64,000 bases of DNA from Cyanophyceae cyanobacterium (GCA_038321985.1 JBBQFN010000022.1:22441-86440); one strand, 5' to 3'. Shown: positions 20,664 to 31,604, numbered from the stretch's first letter. Notes: generated by a model not told the origin, from the sequence alone. Numbers and translations: made by a program.

Positions 20664-22604
20664 TTGAATATCAGGAATTTTTCGTTGAAACTGCCACTGT
20701 TTGAGGATTATCAGCCGATCGCCGCGATCGCCGTTACCCCTTCCGGGGTCAAACGATTACTATCTCTGTGTGATGCCACGGGTGCTATCCTGTGGATACC
20801 TGAATCTTGCCAAAGCGCGATCGATATCGCTGTTTTACCAAAAGTACAGGTTTATAGTGGCTCTCTAACGGACCATCTCGCTAAAATTTGGCCGGATTGT
20901 CACGCTTTTATCTTTTGTTTAGCCACCGGCGCAGTCGTCCGAGCAATTGCTCCTTTGTTACAGCACAAGTCCATCGATCCAGCAGTCGTGGTAGTGGATG
21001 AAGCGGGGAAATTTACGATTAGTTTATGTAGCGGACATCAAGGGGGTGCCGATCTCTTGACTCAGGCGATCGCCTATCAACTCGGTGCGACGCCAATTCT
21101 CACCGGCGCATCGTCGGGGTTGAAATTGCCCGGAATTGATGTACTAGGTGTACCGTTTGGCTGGAATCAAGGGGAGGGCAATTGGACTGCCGTCAGTGGG
21201 GCGATCGCCCGCCAGGAACCCGTAGAAGTTATTCAAGAAGTCGGTTGTACTCTCTGGCAAGAGAATTTACCCGAGGATCATCCGTTTATTCTAGAATTGC
21301 CGGATTATACAGAATCTCAAAAACCAGAAACGAAACCCGTTAAGGGGAGAGTCTGGATTAGTGTCACTCAGCGCCAGTTTGCACCGGATGCGGAGTTACC
21401 TAAGGTGCAGTGGCATCCGCGAGTCTTGTGGGTGGGAGTCGGTTGTGAACGGGGAACGTCTCGCCGGGTTATGGAAGCAGCGATCGCCGAAGTTTGTCAG
21501 TCCCATCATTTAGCCCAAGCCGCGATCGCGGGCATTGCTACGATTGATATTAAAGCGGATGAAGTTGGATTATTAGAGTTGTGCGATGCTCGTCAATGGC
21601 CGTTACAAACCTTTCCAGCGGATCTGTTGCAGTCAGTTACGGTTCCCACGCCGTCAGCGGTTGTAGAACAGGAAGTCGGCACTCCTAGCGTAGCAGAAGC
21701 AGCAGCGATCGTTGCCGCACAAGGTTCTAATCTTCCGGGGGAAAATTCCCCTTCCCTTCTTGTTCATAAACAAATTTTTCGATTAGAAGAGGAACCGGGA
21801 GCCGTGACGATCGCCATCGCACAAGCAGAGAGGGAATATACCGGACGTGAGGGTAAACTCTGGTTAGTGGGCACAGGTCCCGGTGCTTTAAGCCAGATGA
21901 CTCCTGCTGCCCAAACCGCGATCGCCACGGCGGATCTGGTGATTGGTTATACTCTTTATATTGATTTAATTAAACCCTTATTGCGTCCGGGTCAACTGGT
22001 GCAAGCGTTGCCGATTACCCAGGAACGACAACGTGCTGAACTGGCGATCACCTTTGCGGAATGGGGATTAACCGTTGCCGTCATTTCCTCCGGGGATGCG
22101 GGAATTTATGGCATGGCAGGATTAGTCCTCGAACAACTTCGAGACGGGGGCTGGGATGGCAAGAGTCCAGGGGTGCAAGTCTTTCCTGGAATTACCGCCT
22201 TACAAGCTGCTGCCTCCCGGGTGGGAACGCCATTAATGCACGATTTTTGTGCGATTAGCCTGAGTGATTTGCTCACCCCTTGGGCGATGATTGAGAAGCG
22301 CTTAGAAGCAGCAGCAGCAGCCGATTTTGTCGTCGCCCTTTATAATCCGCGATCGCGCACCCGAACCGAGCAGATTGCAACGGCACAGGCAATATTTCTC
22401 AATTACCGGAAACCCGATACTCCGGTAGTGATCGTGCGATCGGCTTATCGAGAAGACGAACAAATTACCCTTACCACCCTCGAAAAGTTCCTTGAAAACC
22501 CCATTGATATGCTCAGTACCATTCTAATCGGAAATCAAAGCACCAGCCTGTATGAAAATTGGATGATTACCCCTAGAGGTTATCTCGGATTCGAGACGCA
22601 CTAA
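20664..22604 (+). CDS. cobJ: fused CbiG / precorrin-3B C17-methyltransferase
   Basis: CbiG motifs (DPAVVVVDE, SGHQGGA, GVGCERG, TPSVAEAAA) fused to VGTGPG, SSGDAGIYGMAG, HDFCAISLSDLLTPW, TPRGY. Confidence 0.93.
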   Translation: MNIRNFSLKLPLFEDYQPIAAIAVTPSGVKRLLSLCDATGAILWIPESCQSAIDIAVLPKVQVYSGSLTDHLAKIWPDCHAFIFCLATGAVVRAIAPLLQHKSIDPAVVVVDEAGKFTISLCSGHQGGADLLTQAIAYQLGATPILTGASSGLKLPGIDVLGVPFGWNQGEGNWTAVSGAIARQEPVEVIQEVGCTLWQENLPEDHPFILELPDYTESQKPETKPVKGRVWISVTQRQFAPDAELPKVQWHPRVLWVGVGCERGTSRRVMEAAIAEVCQSHHLAQAAIAGIATIDIKADEVGLLELCDARQWPLQTFPADLLQSVTVPTPSAVVEQEVGTPSVAEAAAIVAAQGSNLPGENSPSLLVHKQIFRLEEEPGAVTIAIAQAEREYTGREGKLWLVGTGPGALSQMTPAAQTAIATADLVIGYTLYIDLIKPLLRPGQLVQALPITQERQRAELAITFAEWGLTVAVISSGDAGIYGMAGLVLEQLRDGGWDGKSPGVQVFPGITALQAAASRVGTPLMHDFCAISLSDLLTPWAMIEKRLEAAAAADFVVALYNPRSRTRTEQIATAQAIFLNYRKPDTPVVIVRSAYREDEQITLTTLEKFLENPIDMLSTILIGNQSTSLYENWMITPRGYLGFETH

Positions 22605-22611
22605 CGCCAGA

Positions 22612-22648
22612 ATTAATCCGGTGGAGCATTTGGCTCCACCGGATTAAT
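22612..22648. terminator. bidirectional hairpin between convergent genes
   Basis: ATTAATCCGGTGGAGC / GCTCCACCGGATTAAT perfect 16-bp stem. Confidence 0.75.
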
Positions 22649-22656
22649 ACACTCCT

Positions 22657-23502
22657 TTAACGGGGCTCGTCTTGGGAAGGTTGATTCCCCTGGCGTACTT
22701 GCTCAACGGTTAAACCCAAAATTTGGGCCGCTTGTTCTACAGTAAATCCCTGAGACAGCAACTGCGGAACTACTTCGAGTTTGCCTTCGAGTTTGCCTTC
22801 GAGTTTACCTTCGAGTTTGCCTTCGAGCTTAATATCTTGATACAGCTTAGATTGCTTAAATTCATTCACGCCTATCATCTCTTGTACCTCCTCGCGGCTT
22901 AATTTAGAAAACTTGTACAATACGACTGTCTCTATTAAGTCTACAACTTCTGAGCGTTCAGCGTCGTCGGTCATTTCCTGCCTTGCCTGAACCACTAGCT
23001 GTCTGGCTTTTTCCGCAGCACTTGCGTCTTGCTTCTCAATGATTAACTGGACAATCTGCATTCCTAACGAGGTTTCTGGGACCTCGGATAATTCATCCAG
23101 ATAGATGCGCTGAACTTGATTTGAATTCAGCAACGCTTGATAGGGTGCGAGTTCCAGGGGTTCATAACTCCGTCGGCCAAAAATAACCACGGCCCGCCAG
23201 TTTTGCGCTGGATTATTTTGATGCAGATAAAGAAAGAGTTCGGTAAATAAATTGGCATAAAATTTTTTATCCCGGTAAAATTGCACCTCTAATAAATTAA
23301 GAGGCATTTCCGGAAACTCTGCTTTCGGAATAAATAAACCATCGATGCGAAAAGCGGTTTGTTTGAGTTCGACGGAAGAAAATTTATAAGCCTCTGCTTC
23401 GGAGGCAGGACGACCAATTAGCTCAAAAAAGCAACTGGGTTGTTGTTTAAAAAGTCGGTAAAATATCGGGTCTGTTTCCATGTCAGTAGGAGTAGATGAC
23501 AC
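22657..23502 (-). CDS. Rpn-family (DUF2887-type) PD-(D/E)XK nuclease
   Basis: TDPIFYRLF, SVELKQTAFRIDG, EVQF, C-terminal KLEG tandem repeats. Confidence 0.88.
   Translation of the reverse strand: MSSTPTDMETDPIFYRLFKQQPSCFFELIGRPASEAEAYKFSSVELKQTAFRIDGLFIPKAEFPEMPLNLLEVQFYRDKKFYANLFTELFLYLHQNNPAQNWRAVVIFGRRSYEPLELAPYQALLNSNQVQRIYLDELSEVPETSLGMQIVQLIIEKQDASAAEKARQLVVQARQEMTDDAERSEVVDLIETVVLYKFSKLSREEVQEMIGVNEFKQSKLYQDIKLEGKLEGKLEGKLEGKLEVVPQLLSQGFTVEQAAQILGLTVEQVRQGNQPSQDEPR
22773..22828. repeat. 12-bp coding tandem repeat (KLEG x5)
   Basis: CTTCGAGTTTGC-type units in tandem. Confidence 0.85.
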
Positions 23503-23650
23503 TCCAGAATGATGTCTTAATTCTTTTTTAGTCTAGCCTAATTTTTGTATTTTATCCATATAAAATTTTAGCATTAATGTAGTTCAGTAGGATGGCATTT
23601 ATTGGAAATACTGAGGGTTTAACAACCCCAGACTGAAGATTACACTTATT

Positions 23651-23930
23651 TTAGAGACTAACCGCCAATGTTTCCCGCTGAAAAAACTGGGTCACCGGTA
23701 AGGGTTAATTCGGGGAAAAGCTGCGAGACAATGGGCGGAGTTGCCGTCAATACGGTTTCTTTGTAGAATCCCTCTTCCAGCCGCAAGATACAGCGATTAT
23801 TCAGGATGGGGTCTACAATCTAATATTCGGGAATTTCTGCGGCTGCATAATCCAATCGCTTATAGCGATAGTTCCGGTTGACTGGTTCGGGGCTGACGAC
23901 TTCTATCACTAATAAAAGGGGGTTTGGAAA
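23651..23930 (-). pseudogene. Uma2-family endonuclease remnant
   Basis: PLLLVIEVVSP..NRNYRYKRLDYAAAEIPEY*IVDP...SQLFPELTL; conserved Trp codon is TAG and the 5' half is missing. Confidence 0.8.
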
Positions 23931-24274
23931 AACCCTGGAGGTTCCCGAGGAAGAGTTATCGGGAGGGAGGGACTATGGGGGGAGAAGTCTGCACCAGAAA
24001 TTATTCTATTGATTTATACCTAGCATCATCGATCGCCCGTTGGAAACTTCAGTCTCTTCTGGTCAAGCAGCCTCCTCCTGGAATGGGTCCCTCGCTCGTT
24101 AAAGGCGATCGCTAACACTCTCCGACTTGAAAGGATGGGAAAGAGTCCGAAATTTGAACCATTTTTTTGATTTTGTCAATGATACCGATCGCGAATTGGT
24201 AGGGATTTTTTCACAGTTGCCTTATGCTTGCGATCGCTCCTTAAGTTCACAAAATCTTTAAGAATAAGGCATGA

Positions 24275-24511
24275 GTGTTATGCAATTGGTCTAAATTGGG
24301 TGTAATCATGCTAGGTCAAACGACTTTACCTAAACTTTCAGTGGATCAAATCGTCGAGAGAATCTTTGCATTACGACAAATAACCCGCGTTGATCAACGT
24401 CTGTTGATGACAACGCTACTCTCGAAAGATGCTCTTAATGACCGTGAACATACGCAAATCAGTCGGGTGTTTGATGCGGTGCAACGGGGTTTAATTCGGG
24501 TCATTGAATGA
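24275..24511 (+). CDS. small conserved hypothetical protein (start may be the ATG at 24308)
   Basis: SVDQIVERIF..RQITRVDQ..L...RVFDAVQRGLIRVIE, typical cyanobacterial small protein. Confidence 0.7.
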   Translation: MLCNWSKLGVIMLGQTTLPKLSVDQIVERIFALRQITRVDQRLLMTTLLSKDALNDREHTQISRVFDAVQRGLIRVIE

Positions 24512-24707
24512 GGTAAATTTAGCAATTTTCTATCAAAAATGCTTGCTCCAGTTGGGTTACGGCAATTATTCTTCTATTCTAAGCGTTCCTAGACGAAGGA
24601 AATTAGTGAAAACAAATGTAGTACCACCCCGCCCTCTTTATTTTCCGGTTGCGGAAATCTCTTCAAACTTATCAGTGAGACTCATGAATGTCTATCAATA
24701 AAAAGTA

Positions 24708-24735
24708 GCCTGCTGGATTCATAAATCCAGCAGGC
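24708..24735. terminator. hairpin between convergent genes
   Basis: GCCTGCTGGATT / AATCCAGCAGGC. Confidence 0.65.
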
Positions 24736-24792
24736 ACTGTCCATTTAAGGGGTTAAAAGAAAGGAAATAGCCCGATTTGTAGCACTGGGGTT

Positions 24793-25626
24793 TTAAATAT
24801 TCTGCAATAACCAAAAGCCACTATAGGTCATCCCTGAATCATCGGGTTGGATTAGTAAAAAATGTAACCCCTGGGTTAACTGTTTGCGGTGTTGAAAAGT
24901 TTGGCCTGCTTCGGCAACTTCTGTATCTTCAAATGTAGCGATAATCCAACGGTCTACTAATCCCGCTTCTAAAATTAATCCATTGGGAACTCCCGGACTG
25001 TAATCGATCGCCACGGGTGATGCTTCTTGCAACCATTGGGCAATTTTCAGCGATTGCCGTCCGCCATCGAGGACGATTCCAGGAATAGCAGCAGTAGAGG
25101 GGAGTCCCAAGGCGATGGGGGTGATTTCTTGCGGAATATGGCGAATCCGGATTGATCGCGCTGCAAAGACTTCCATTAAATAAGTTGCACTAACAGAGGC
25201 GAACCGCCAGCGATCGCCCCATAATTCTTCCGGCAGGGGTCCCGGTGGGGGGCGATCGCGGATTAAAGGTTCGTAAGGTTCATGAGTATAATTTGCTTCC
25301 TGTCTATACTCTTTTGCCTTTTGGGTCAGCCATGCTTTCAATGCTGGGGTGCGTCGAGACGGTTCTACGTTTACTCCTAGTTTTTGACCTGCCGCTACCA
25401 TCAAACTCAGGGACTGAGGACGGAAAACAGCGATCACATCGGGTAACTTCCCGGATCCGGCAATTTGAAGTTGTTGCGCTAACCAGGTCGAGTTTGCCTC
25501 CGATTGAGGACAACTACTACTCCATTGAAAATTCCCCGTTGCATCACAGAGGCACAATTCCCATAAGGGTTGCCCTGTGGCACTTTGTAAAGGACGACGG
25601 TAAAAATCTGCTTGCCAAATGACCAC
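24793..25626 (-). CDS. Tab2/Atab2-family RNA-binding protein (DUF1092)
   Basis: IWQADFYRRP, LWELCLCD, P.PLPEELWGDRWRF, GLHFLLIQPDDSG. Confidence 0.88.
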   Translation of the reverse strand: MVIWQADFYRRPLQSATGQPLWELCLCDATGNFQWSSSCPQSEANSTWLAQQLQIAGSGKLPDVIAVFRPQSLSLMVAAGQKLGVNVEPSRRTPALKAWLTQKAKEYRQEANYTHEPYEPLIRDRPPPGPLPEELWGDRWRFASVSATYLMEVFAARSIRIRHIPQEITPIALGLPSTAAIPGIVLDGGRQSLKIAQWLQEASPVAIDYSPGVPNGLILEAGLVDRWIIATFEDTEVAEAGQTFQHRKQLTQGLHFLLIQPDDSGMTYSGFWLLQNI

Positions 25627-25666
25627 GACTACAATCCGAATTTATCAGTACCAACAGCAACAACAA

Positions 25667-25686
25667 GCGGGGGTTTGAACCCCCGC
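25667..25686 (-). terminator. hairpin after glgP
   Basis: GCGGGGGT / ACCCCCGC just past the glgP stop. Confidence 0.55.
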
Positions 25687-25698
25687 CTGTTATTGCGA

Positions 25699-27918
25699 TT
25701 ACACCAAAACGCTGGCGAGAATCGGTTCTAAATCAAGCTGAACCCCTGGTGCGTAAACCTTAGCTACATAATCTGCCACCATGCGATCGGTGTTAAATAA
25801 TGGCGCATTGGTTTTAATCGAACCCTTCATCATCTTAATCCAACCGTGAGACAGGCCAGTTTTGGAATCGATGTCGTAATACAGGGGAACAATTTCCTCT
25901 TCTAATAACCGATACAGCGATTCTGCATCAATTTTATCCTGCATTTCCTGGTCACTGGTATGGGCATCTTCGCCGATCGCCCAACCATTGATCCCTTTAC
26001 CATCCGAACCTGTTTGATAGCCTTCGCACCACCATCCATCCAGAACGCTGCAATTGATCCCGCCATTAAAGCAGACCTTTTGACCGCTTGTACCGGATGC
26101 TTCCAGGGGACGACGGGGTGTATTCAGCCAGACATCTACCCCTTGAACCAGCTTACGTCCCGTGTACATATCGTAATCGGGAAGCACAATCACCCGATTT
26201 TGCAACAGGGAATTCTGTTGACTCCATTCATAAATCCGTTGCAGAATCCGCTTGCCTTGTTCGTCTGCCGGGTGTGCTTTCCCTGCAAACACAATTTGTA
26301 ACGGGCGTTCTGGATTGCTGAACAGACGCAGCGATCGCTCCAAATCATGCATTAACAAATACCCGCGCTTGTAGGTACTGAAACGCCGCGCAAACCCAAT
26401 CGTTAGCACATTCGGGTCTAAAATCCGGTCTGCCGCATCCACCCAATGGGCATCTTCCCCGCGCTGTTGCCTTGCACGTTTAATTTTGGTGCGAGTATGG
26501 GCAATTAACCGCTCTTTTAGCAGTTGATGACGCCACCAGAGTTCCTGATCGGGAATATCATCTACTTTGGCCCACATTTGCGGGTCAGCGATCCGAGTGG
26601 ACCAATCCTCTCCGAGATACTGGGAATAGAGGTCACTGAGTACGGGTGCCGTCCAGGTGCGCTGATGCACCCCGTTGGTGATGTGACCGATGGGCACTTC
26701 TTCCATCGGGCGATCGGGATACATAATGTGCCACATTTTCCGGGAGACTTCCCCATGTAAGGCTGAGACTCCGTTGGCGGCCCGGCACATCCGCAAGGCG
26801 AGTACAGTCATGCCGAACGGTTCCCAAGGGTCTCCCAGCCGTCGTGCACCTACTGCCATAAATTGTTCCTGGGTTAATCCCAAGGTGGGCCAATAGTGGG
26901 AGAAGGAGGACTCGATTAAGTCTCCAGAAAAGACATCGTGACCCGCAGGAACGGGGGTATGGGTGGTGAAGACACAACGCTCACGGACTGACTGTTCTAC
27001 ATCATAGAAACTCTTGCCGGTACGCTGCATTTCCATTCGGGCTACTTCCAGGGTGCAGAATGCGGCGTGTCCTTCGTTGAGATGGCAGATCCCCGGGTCA
27101 ATCCCCAGGGCTGCCAATGCTCGTACGCCACCAATACCGAGGACGACTTCCTGGGCGATGCGGGTGTCTTGGTTACCTCCATAAAGGTGTCCGGTTAACC
27201 AGCGATCGAGGGGGTCGTTATCGTGGCGATCGGTGTCGAGTAAATAGAGGGAAACTCGCCCGACTTGTGCCCGCCAAATTTGAATTTTAACGACCCGACT
27301 GCGGATTTCTAATTCAACCGTAATTGGTTTACCATCGGCATCCGCCATTAACTCCAACGGCATCTGCTCGAAGATGTTATCTACATAGTAATCTTCTTGC
27401 CATCCGTGACCGTTAATGCGTTGGCGGAAATACCCTTGCCGATACATTAAGCCGACCCCAATTAGGGGTACGCCTAAATCGGAGGCGGATTTGAGGTGAT
27501 CCCCAGCTAACATTCCCAAACCACCCGAGTAGATGGGGAGGGATTCGTGGATGCCAAATTCTGCACAGAAGTACACGACGGGGCGATCGCTCGTAATTTG
27601 AGGGGCCACTCGACTCGCCCAGGTATCCCGAATTGCCATATAGCGGTGAAATTGCTCCGCAACCGATTTAACCCGTTTCATGTAATCGGGGTCATTGGCA
27701 AGCTGACTGAGGCGTTCTAAGGAAACAAATTGCAGCAAGGCTACGGGGTTATGGTTCCACTGGTGCCATGCATCGGGATCAATGTTACGAAACAGAGAAA
27801 TTCGCTCAGTGGTCCAGCTCCACCAATAGTTATAGGCGATTTCTGCCAAGGGTTTCAGGGGAAAAGGTAATTTCTCCCGTAACTGCTGGCTAACCTTCGT
27901 GTAATTTTCAATGACCAT
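25699..27918 (-). CDS. glgP: alpha-glucan (glycogen) phosphorylase
   Basis: YSGGLG, HLNEGH, FARRF.TYKR, EASGTSGQK PLP motif; start chosen at ATG 27918. Confidence 0.95.
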   Translation of the reverse strand: MVIENYTKVSQQLREKLPFPLKPLAEIAYNYWWSWTTERISLFRNIDPDAWHQWNHNPVALLQFVSLERLSQLANDPDYMKRVKSVAEQFHRYMAIRDTWASRVAPQITSDRPVVYFCAEFGIHESLPIYSGGLGMLAGDHLKSASDLGVPLIGVGLMYRQGYFRQRINGHGWQEDYYVDNIFEQMPLELMADADGKPITVELEIRSRVVKIQIWRAQVGRVSLYLLDTDRHDNDPLDRWLTGHLYGGNQDTRIAQEVVLGIGGVRALAALGIDPGICHLNEGHAAFCTLEVARMEMQRTGKSFYDVEQSVRERCVFTTHTPVPAGHDVFSGDLIESSFSHYWPTLGLTQEQFMAVGARRLGDPWEPFGMTVLALRMCRAANGVSALHGEVSRKMWHIMYPDRPMEEVPIGHITNGVHQRTWTAPVLSDLYSQYLGEDWSTRIADPQMWAKVDDIPDQELWWRHQLLKERLIAHTRTKIKRARQQRGEDAHWVDAADRILDPNVLTIGFARRFSTYKRGYLLMHDLERSLRLFSNPERPLQIVFAGKAHPADEQGKRILQRIYEWSQQNSLLQNRVIVLPDYDMYTGRKLVQGVDVWLNTPRRPLEASGTSGQKVCFNGGINCSVLDGWWCEGYQTGSDGKGINGWAIGEDAHTSDQEMQDKIDAESLYRLLEEEIVPLYYDIDSKTGLSHGWIKMMKGSIKTNAPLFNTDRMVADYVAKVYAPGVQLDLEPILASVLV

Positions 27919-28516
27919 AGGACACCATGCTTTCGAGACGTTTGCGGTTGTCAAATATATGATACTAGGGCGACACCCCGACGACTCTCGATGGAACGAT
28001 CACAGCGGAGAGTAACTAGGGCTACACCTTTTGCAACATTAGGATGAATTATAAATTTATTACCTTTAGGGGGTAAATAGGTGTTTTATTACACAATTTT
28101 AAGTTTTGGTTCAGATTTGGCCGCGATCGCGCCTAGGGAGTTCGGGGTTTGATAGGTCCTCTTTTCTGCGAGTCTAGGTGGAGGGGAAATTAGCTAATGT
28201 CTTTCTCTATCAAGCCTTTACTGGGTTGTTGATTGCATTAAAATTCTAGAAATTTCATCCGTCTACGGGCTGAGATAAGGGGACTTTTCCAACCAATTTT
28301 GCAGATTAGGGTCCGTTTTAAAGGGTCTTAATTGTGAGCAACTCCTGACGTTCAGTCCCAACAAGGGCGATCGCCCTTCTCAGGAACCCGAGACAATAGA
28401 AGGCCCACTAAGGCTTAAAAATGGCGAATCTCCCCCAGGGGCCGCGATCGGTACACCACAAATCAGCTAAAATCGGTAAAAATCACTGCAAACTTATCGT
28501 TAATACTAGAAGTCCT

Positions 28517-29794
28517 ATGAATCCCGATCTGACTAAATTTGGTGAACAGATGTCCCAGCTTACTGGTGTTCGGGCCATCATGAAAGATATTAGCGAAACC
28601 TTACGCGCGGGTACAGATCGGGATTTAATTAATATGAGTGCCGGAAACCCCGTCATTCTCCCCGAAGTGGAACAGTTGTGGCGCGATTGTACGATGGATT
28701 TGCTATCATCCTCCGAGTATGGGGAGGTCGTTTGCCGTTACGGAGAATCCCAAGGTTATCAGCCGTTTATTGATGTGATTAAATCAGATTTTAACAACCG
28801 CTATGGGTTAAACCTGAGCGATCGCAATATCCTGATTACTCCAGGGAGTCAATGCCTCTACTTTTTTGCAGCGAATACCTTGGGAGGATATAGCAGTAGT
28901 GGGCAACTCAAGCAGATTGTTTTACCCCTGAGTCCGGATTATACTGGGTATGGGGGAGTGAGCCTAATCCCAGAATCTTTAGTGGCGTATAAACCGACGT
29001 TAGATATTAATGCTAGTGATCATCGGTTTAAATATCGCCCGGATTTCAGCCAATTAGAGATCAATGAAAATGCCGGTTGTGTGATATTTTCCCGTCCCTG
29101 TAATCCCACGGGGAATGTGCTAACCGAGGAAGAGGTGAAGAAAATCGCAGCAATGGCCGAGCCTTATGATGTGCCAGTGTTTGTAGATTCTGCCTATGCA
29201 CCCCCCTATCCGGCGTTGAATTTCACCGATATGACGCCGATTTTTGGCGGGAACATTATCCATTGTATGAGCTTATCCAAGGCAGGGTTACCGGGAGAGC
29301 GAATTGGGATTGCGATCGGGGATGAACGCACAATTCAGATATTGCAGTCGTTCCAGACGAATTTGTGTATTCACTCCTCTCGATATGGACAGGCGATCGC
29401 AGCAAGGGCGATCGCATCGGGAGCATTAGCCGAAATTGCTGAAACCGTGATTCGTCCTTACTATCAGCAAAAGTTCACCGTCCTAGAAACCACCCTCGAT
29501 CGCGCCATGCCGAAAGACCTCCCCTGGTTCTTGCATCGCGGGGAAGGCGCAATTTTTGCCTGGATGTGGTTCCAAGACTTACCCATGACGGATTGGGAGT
29601 TATATCAAGAATTGAAAAAAGTTGGAGTCATTGCCGTTCCCGGCAGCAGTTTCTTCCCCGGATTACGCGAAGATTGGAAACACAAACATGAATGTATTCG
29701 ACTGAGCTTAACCGCTAGTGATGAAGCGATAGAAATAGGTATGGAACGTTTAGCAAAAGTGGTTGAAAAAGTATTTCAAGGCGTCATTGCCTAA
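28517..29794 (+). CDS. avtA: valine--pyruvate transaminase
   Basis: LSPDYTGY, HRFKYRPDF, SRPCNPTGNV, SLSKAGLPGERIG, EGAIFAW. Confidence 0.9.
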   Translation: MNPDLTKFGEQMSQLTGVRAIMKDISETLRAGTDRDLINMSAGNPVILPEVEQLWRDCTMDLLSSSEYGEVVCRYGESQGYQPFIDVIKSDFNNRYGLNLSDRNILITPGSQCLYFFAANTLGGYSSSGQLKQIVLPLSPDYTGYGGVSLIPESLVAYKPTLDINASDHRFKYRPDFSQLEINENAGCVIFSRPCNPTGNVLTEEEVKKIAAMAEPYDVPVFVDSAYAPPYPALNFTDMTPIFGGNIIHCMSLSKAGLPGERIGIAIGDERTIQILQSFQTNLCIHSSRYGQAIAARAIASGALAEIAETVIRPYYQQKFTVLETTLDRAMPKDLPWFLHRGEGAIFAWMWFQDLPMTDWELYQELKKVGVIAVPGSSFFPGLREDWKHKHECIRLSLTASDEAIEIGMERLAKVVEKVFQGVIA

Positions 29795-30067
29795 CTCAAT
29801 TCCGATTCAGTTAATCGGTAAAAGTTAGAAATCAGGTTTCTTCTCCAAAACTTTGGCAACCTTTCCCAAATTTAGGCAGAAACCCGGTTTCTAACCCTGG
29901 GGCAGTAGCCGGAAGCATTTAATAATAAATTAACAGATTTCTCCCTCGTTTAGCGGGTTAAAGCTAATTTTTTAAAGGACATAAAATGTTAGAGCACCCC
30001 TCAAAATTGATTTCCCCCAGTGCGATCGCCCGTTCCGTACCCCCCCTTATCCCAACTTCATCCTACT

Positions 30068-30751
30068 ATGAAAATCTCATCAGTTCTGATTGGGTTAGGA
30101 TTAGCATTGTTGCTGGTTCTGACTGCGCCTGCTCTACCTTGGGGACAAACCCCATCCCAATGGAATAACCAGGCGATCGCCTCTCCCATCCCTTCCCCTT
30201 GTGCCAACGTCAGCACCATTCACAATGATGCTTTGGAGCTTCACTACAGTCCCGAATGTTTAGAGCAAAAACTTCATCTGAGTCAGTTACTCCAGCATTT
30301 AGAACCCATTATTGCTGAAAAAACTCGCAACAAAATCACCGTCAGCAATCTCAACTATGCTTTAATTCCGGAAGGAATTCACCTTCAGGCAAATGTAATC
30401 GTTAATGTCAAACCGCTACCGGGAAACGTGCCGGTTTTAGTCTCTCAAGATTTATCCGTGAGTATCAAGGACGGATATCTCTACGTCAAAGCTGGCAAAA
30501 CTGATTTAGAAAGCTCGAAAGTAGTGGTCCAATCTAACAGTGGGATAATTACTCAAAAAATTAACCAGCAATTATCTAAATTTAATGGTAAAGAATTGGA
30601 TGAGTTTTTGGCGCTTACCCAACTCAATACTCTCGCAGAACCGATTGGAATTGGTCCAAATGCAGTGGATTTTGTGATGCAATCCATTGAAAATAAACTG
30701 AACCTGAGTCTGGATGAAAGCGGTTTAACTCTGGCGGTTCGGATTCGATGA
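30068..30751 (+). CDS. hypothetical exported protein
   Basis: Signal-peptide-like MKISSVLIGLGLALLLVLTAPALP followed by a ~200-aa open frame. Confidence 0.65.
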   Translation: MKISSVLIGLGLALLLVLTAPALPWGQTPSQWNNQAIASPIPSPCANVSTIHNDALELHYSPECLEQKLHLSQLLQHLEPIIAEKTRNKITVSNLNYALIPEGIHLQANVIVNVKPLPGNVPVLVSQDLSVSIKDGYLYVKAGKTDLESSKVVVQSNSGIITQKINQQLSKFNGKELDEFLALTQLNTLAEPIGIGPNAVDFVMQSIENKLNLSLDESGLTLAVRIR

Positions 30752-30873
30752 ATGAACGGCAAGGGAACGGTGCGATCGCCCTTTTGTTGCCAAAAGCCTT
30801 TATCCGGTAGCTCTATTATCTCATTGCCCAGAAATTTTGCTATAATTCACCTATCGAGTTATCAAAATACCCC

Positions 30874-31119
30874 ATGAGTTTAGTCATCTCTGAGGAACTG
30901 GTAGAAGCCAGCGGGTTGTCTGAACCCGAGTTATTATTAGAAATTATCATGATGCTGTTTCAGCAAAAAAAAATTAGCCTTGGCAAAGCAGCGCACCTTG
31001 CAGGACTGCACCCGATCGCTTTCCAGCGGGAGATGGCAACCCGGGAAATTTGTATTCATTATGACATAGAAGATTTTGAACAAGATTTAGAGTCCTTGCG
31101 AGAACGAGGTTGGCAATGA
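30874..31119 (+). CDS. UPF0175-family putative antitoxin
   Basis: KISLGKAAHLAGL...YDIEDFEQDL. Confidence 0.85.
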   Translation: MSLVISEELVEASGLSEPELLLEIIMMLFQQKKISLGKAAHLAGLHPIAFQREMATREICIHYDIEDFEQDLESLRERGWQ

Positions 31120-31604
31120 TAATTGTCAGCAATACTTCCCCTTTGAGCAATTTAGCAGCCATCGGTCATTTGCCGCTGTTGCAACAAATTTATCCCAAAA
31201 TTATTATTCCCCCAGCGGTTGCGAATGAATTGGATGCCGCACCTCCCGAGGATGCAGCAATCCGAGCCGTGTCAAGTTTGGATTGGGTGGAAATTCAATC
31301 GGTTACCAACACTATCCATGTAGAAACTCTCCTGCAAAAAAAACTCGATTTGGGGGAAGCCGAAGCGATCGCCCTTGCTCTGGAACTCAATGCGGATCGA
31401 CTGCTCATAGATGAACAATTGGGGAGAGGAGAAGCCAGCAATTTGGGAATAGAGATTACAGGGATACTTGGGATTCTGGTTGCAGCTAAAGCCCGATTGC
31501 TGATTCCTGCGGTTCAACCCATTATGGACGCGCTCATCGCTCAGGCTGGGTTTCGGATTCATTCCTCATTATATATCCGAATTTTACAAGCGGCTGATGA
31601 ATAA
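31110..31604 (+). CDS. DUF3368 PIN-like putative toxin
   Basis: IVSNTSPL, LDLGEAEAIALA, LLIDE, TGILGIL; overlaps the upstream antitoxin. Confidence 0.87.
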   Translation: MAMIIVSNTSPLSNLAAIGHLPLLQQIYPKIIIPPAVANELDAAPPEDAAIRAVSSLDWVEIQSVTNTIHVETLLQKKLDLGEAEAIALALELNADRLLIDEQLGRGEASNLGIEITGILGILVAAKARLLIPAVQPIMDALIAQAGFRIHSSLYIRILQAADE

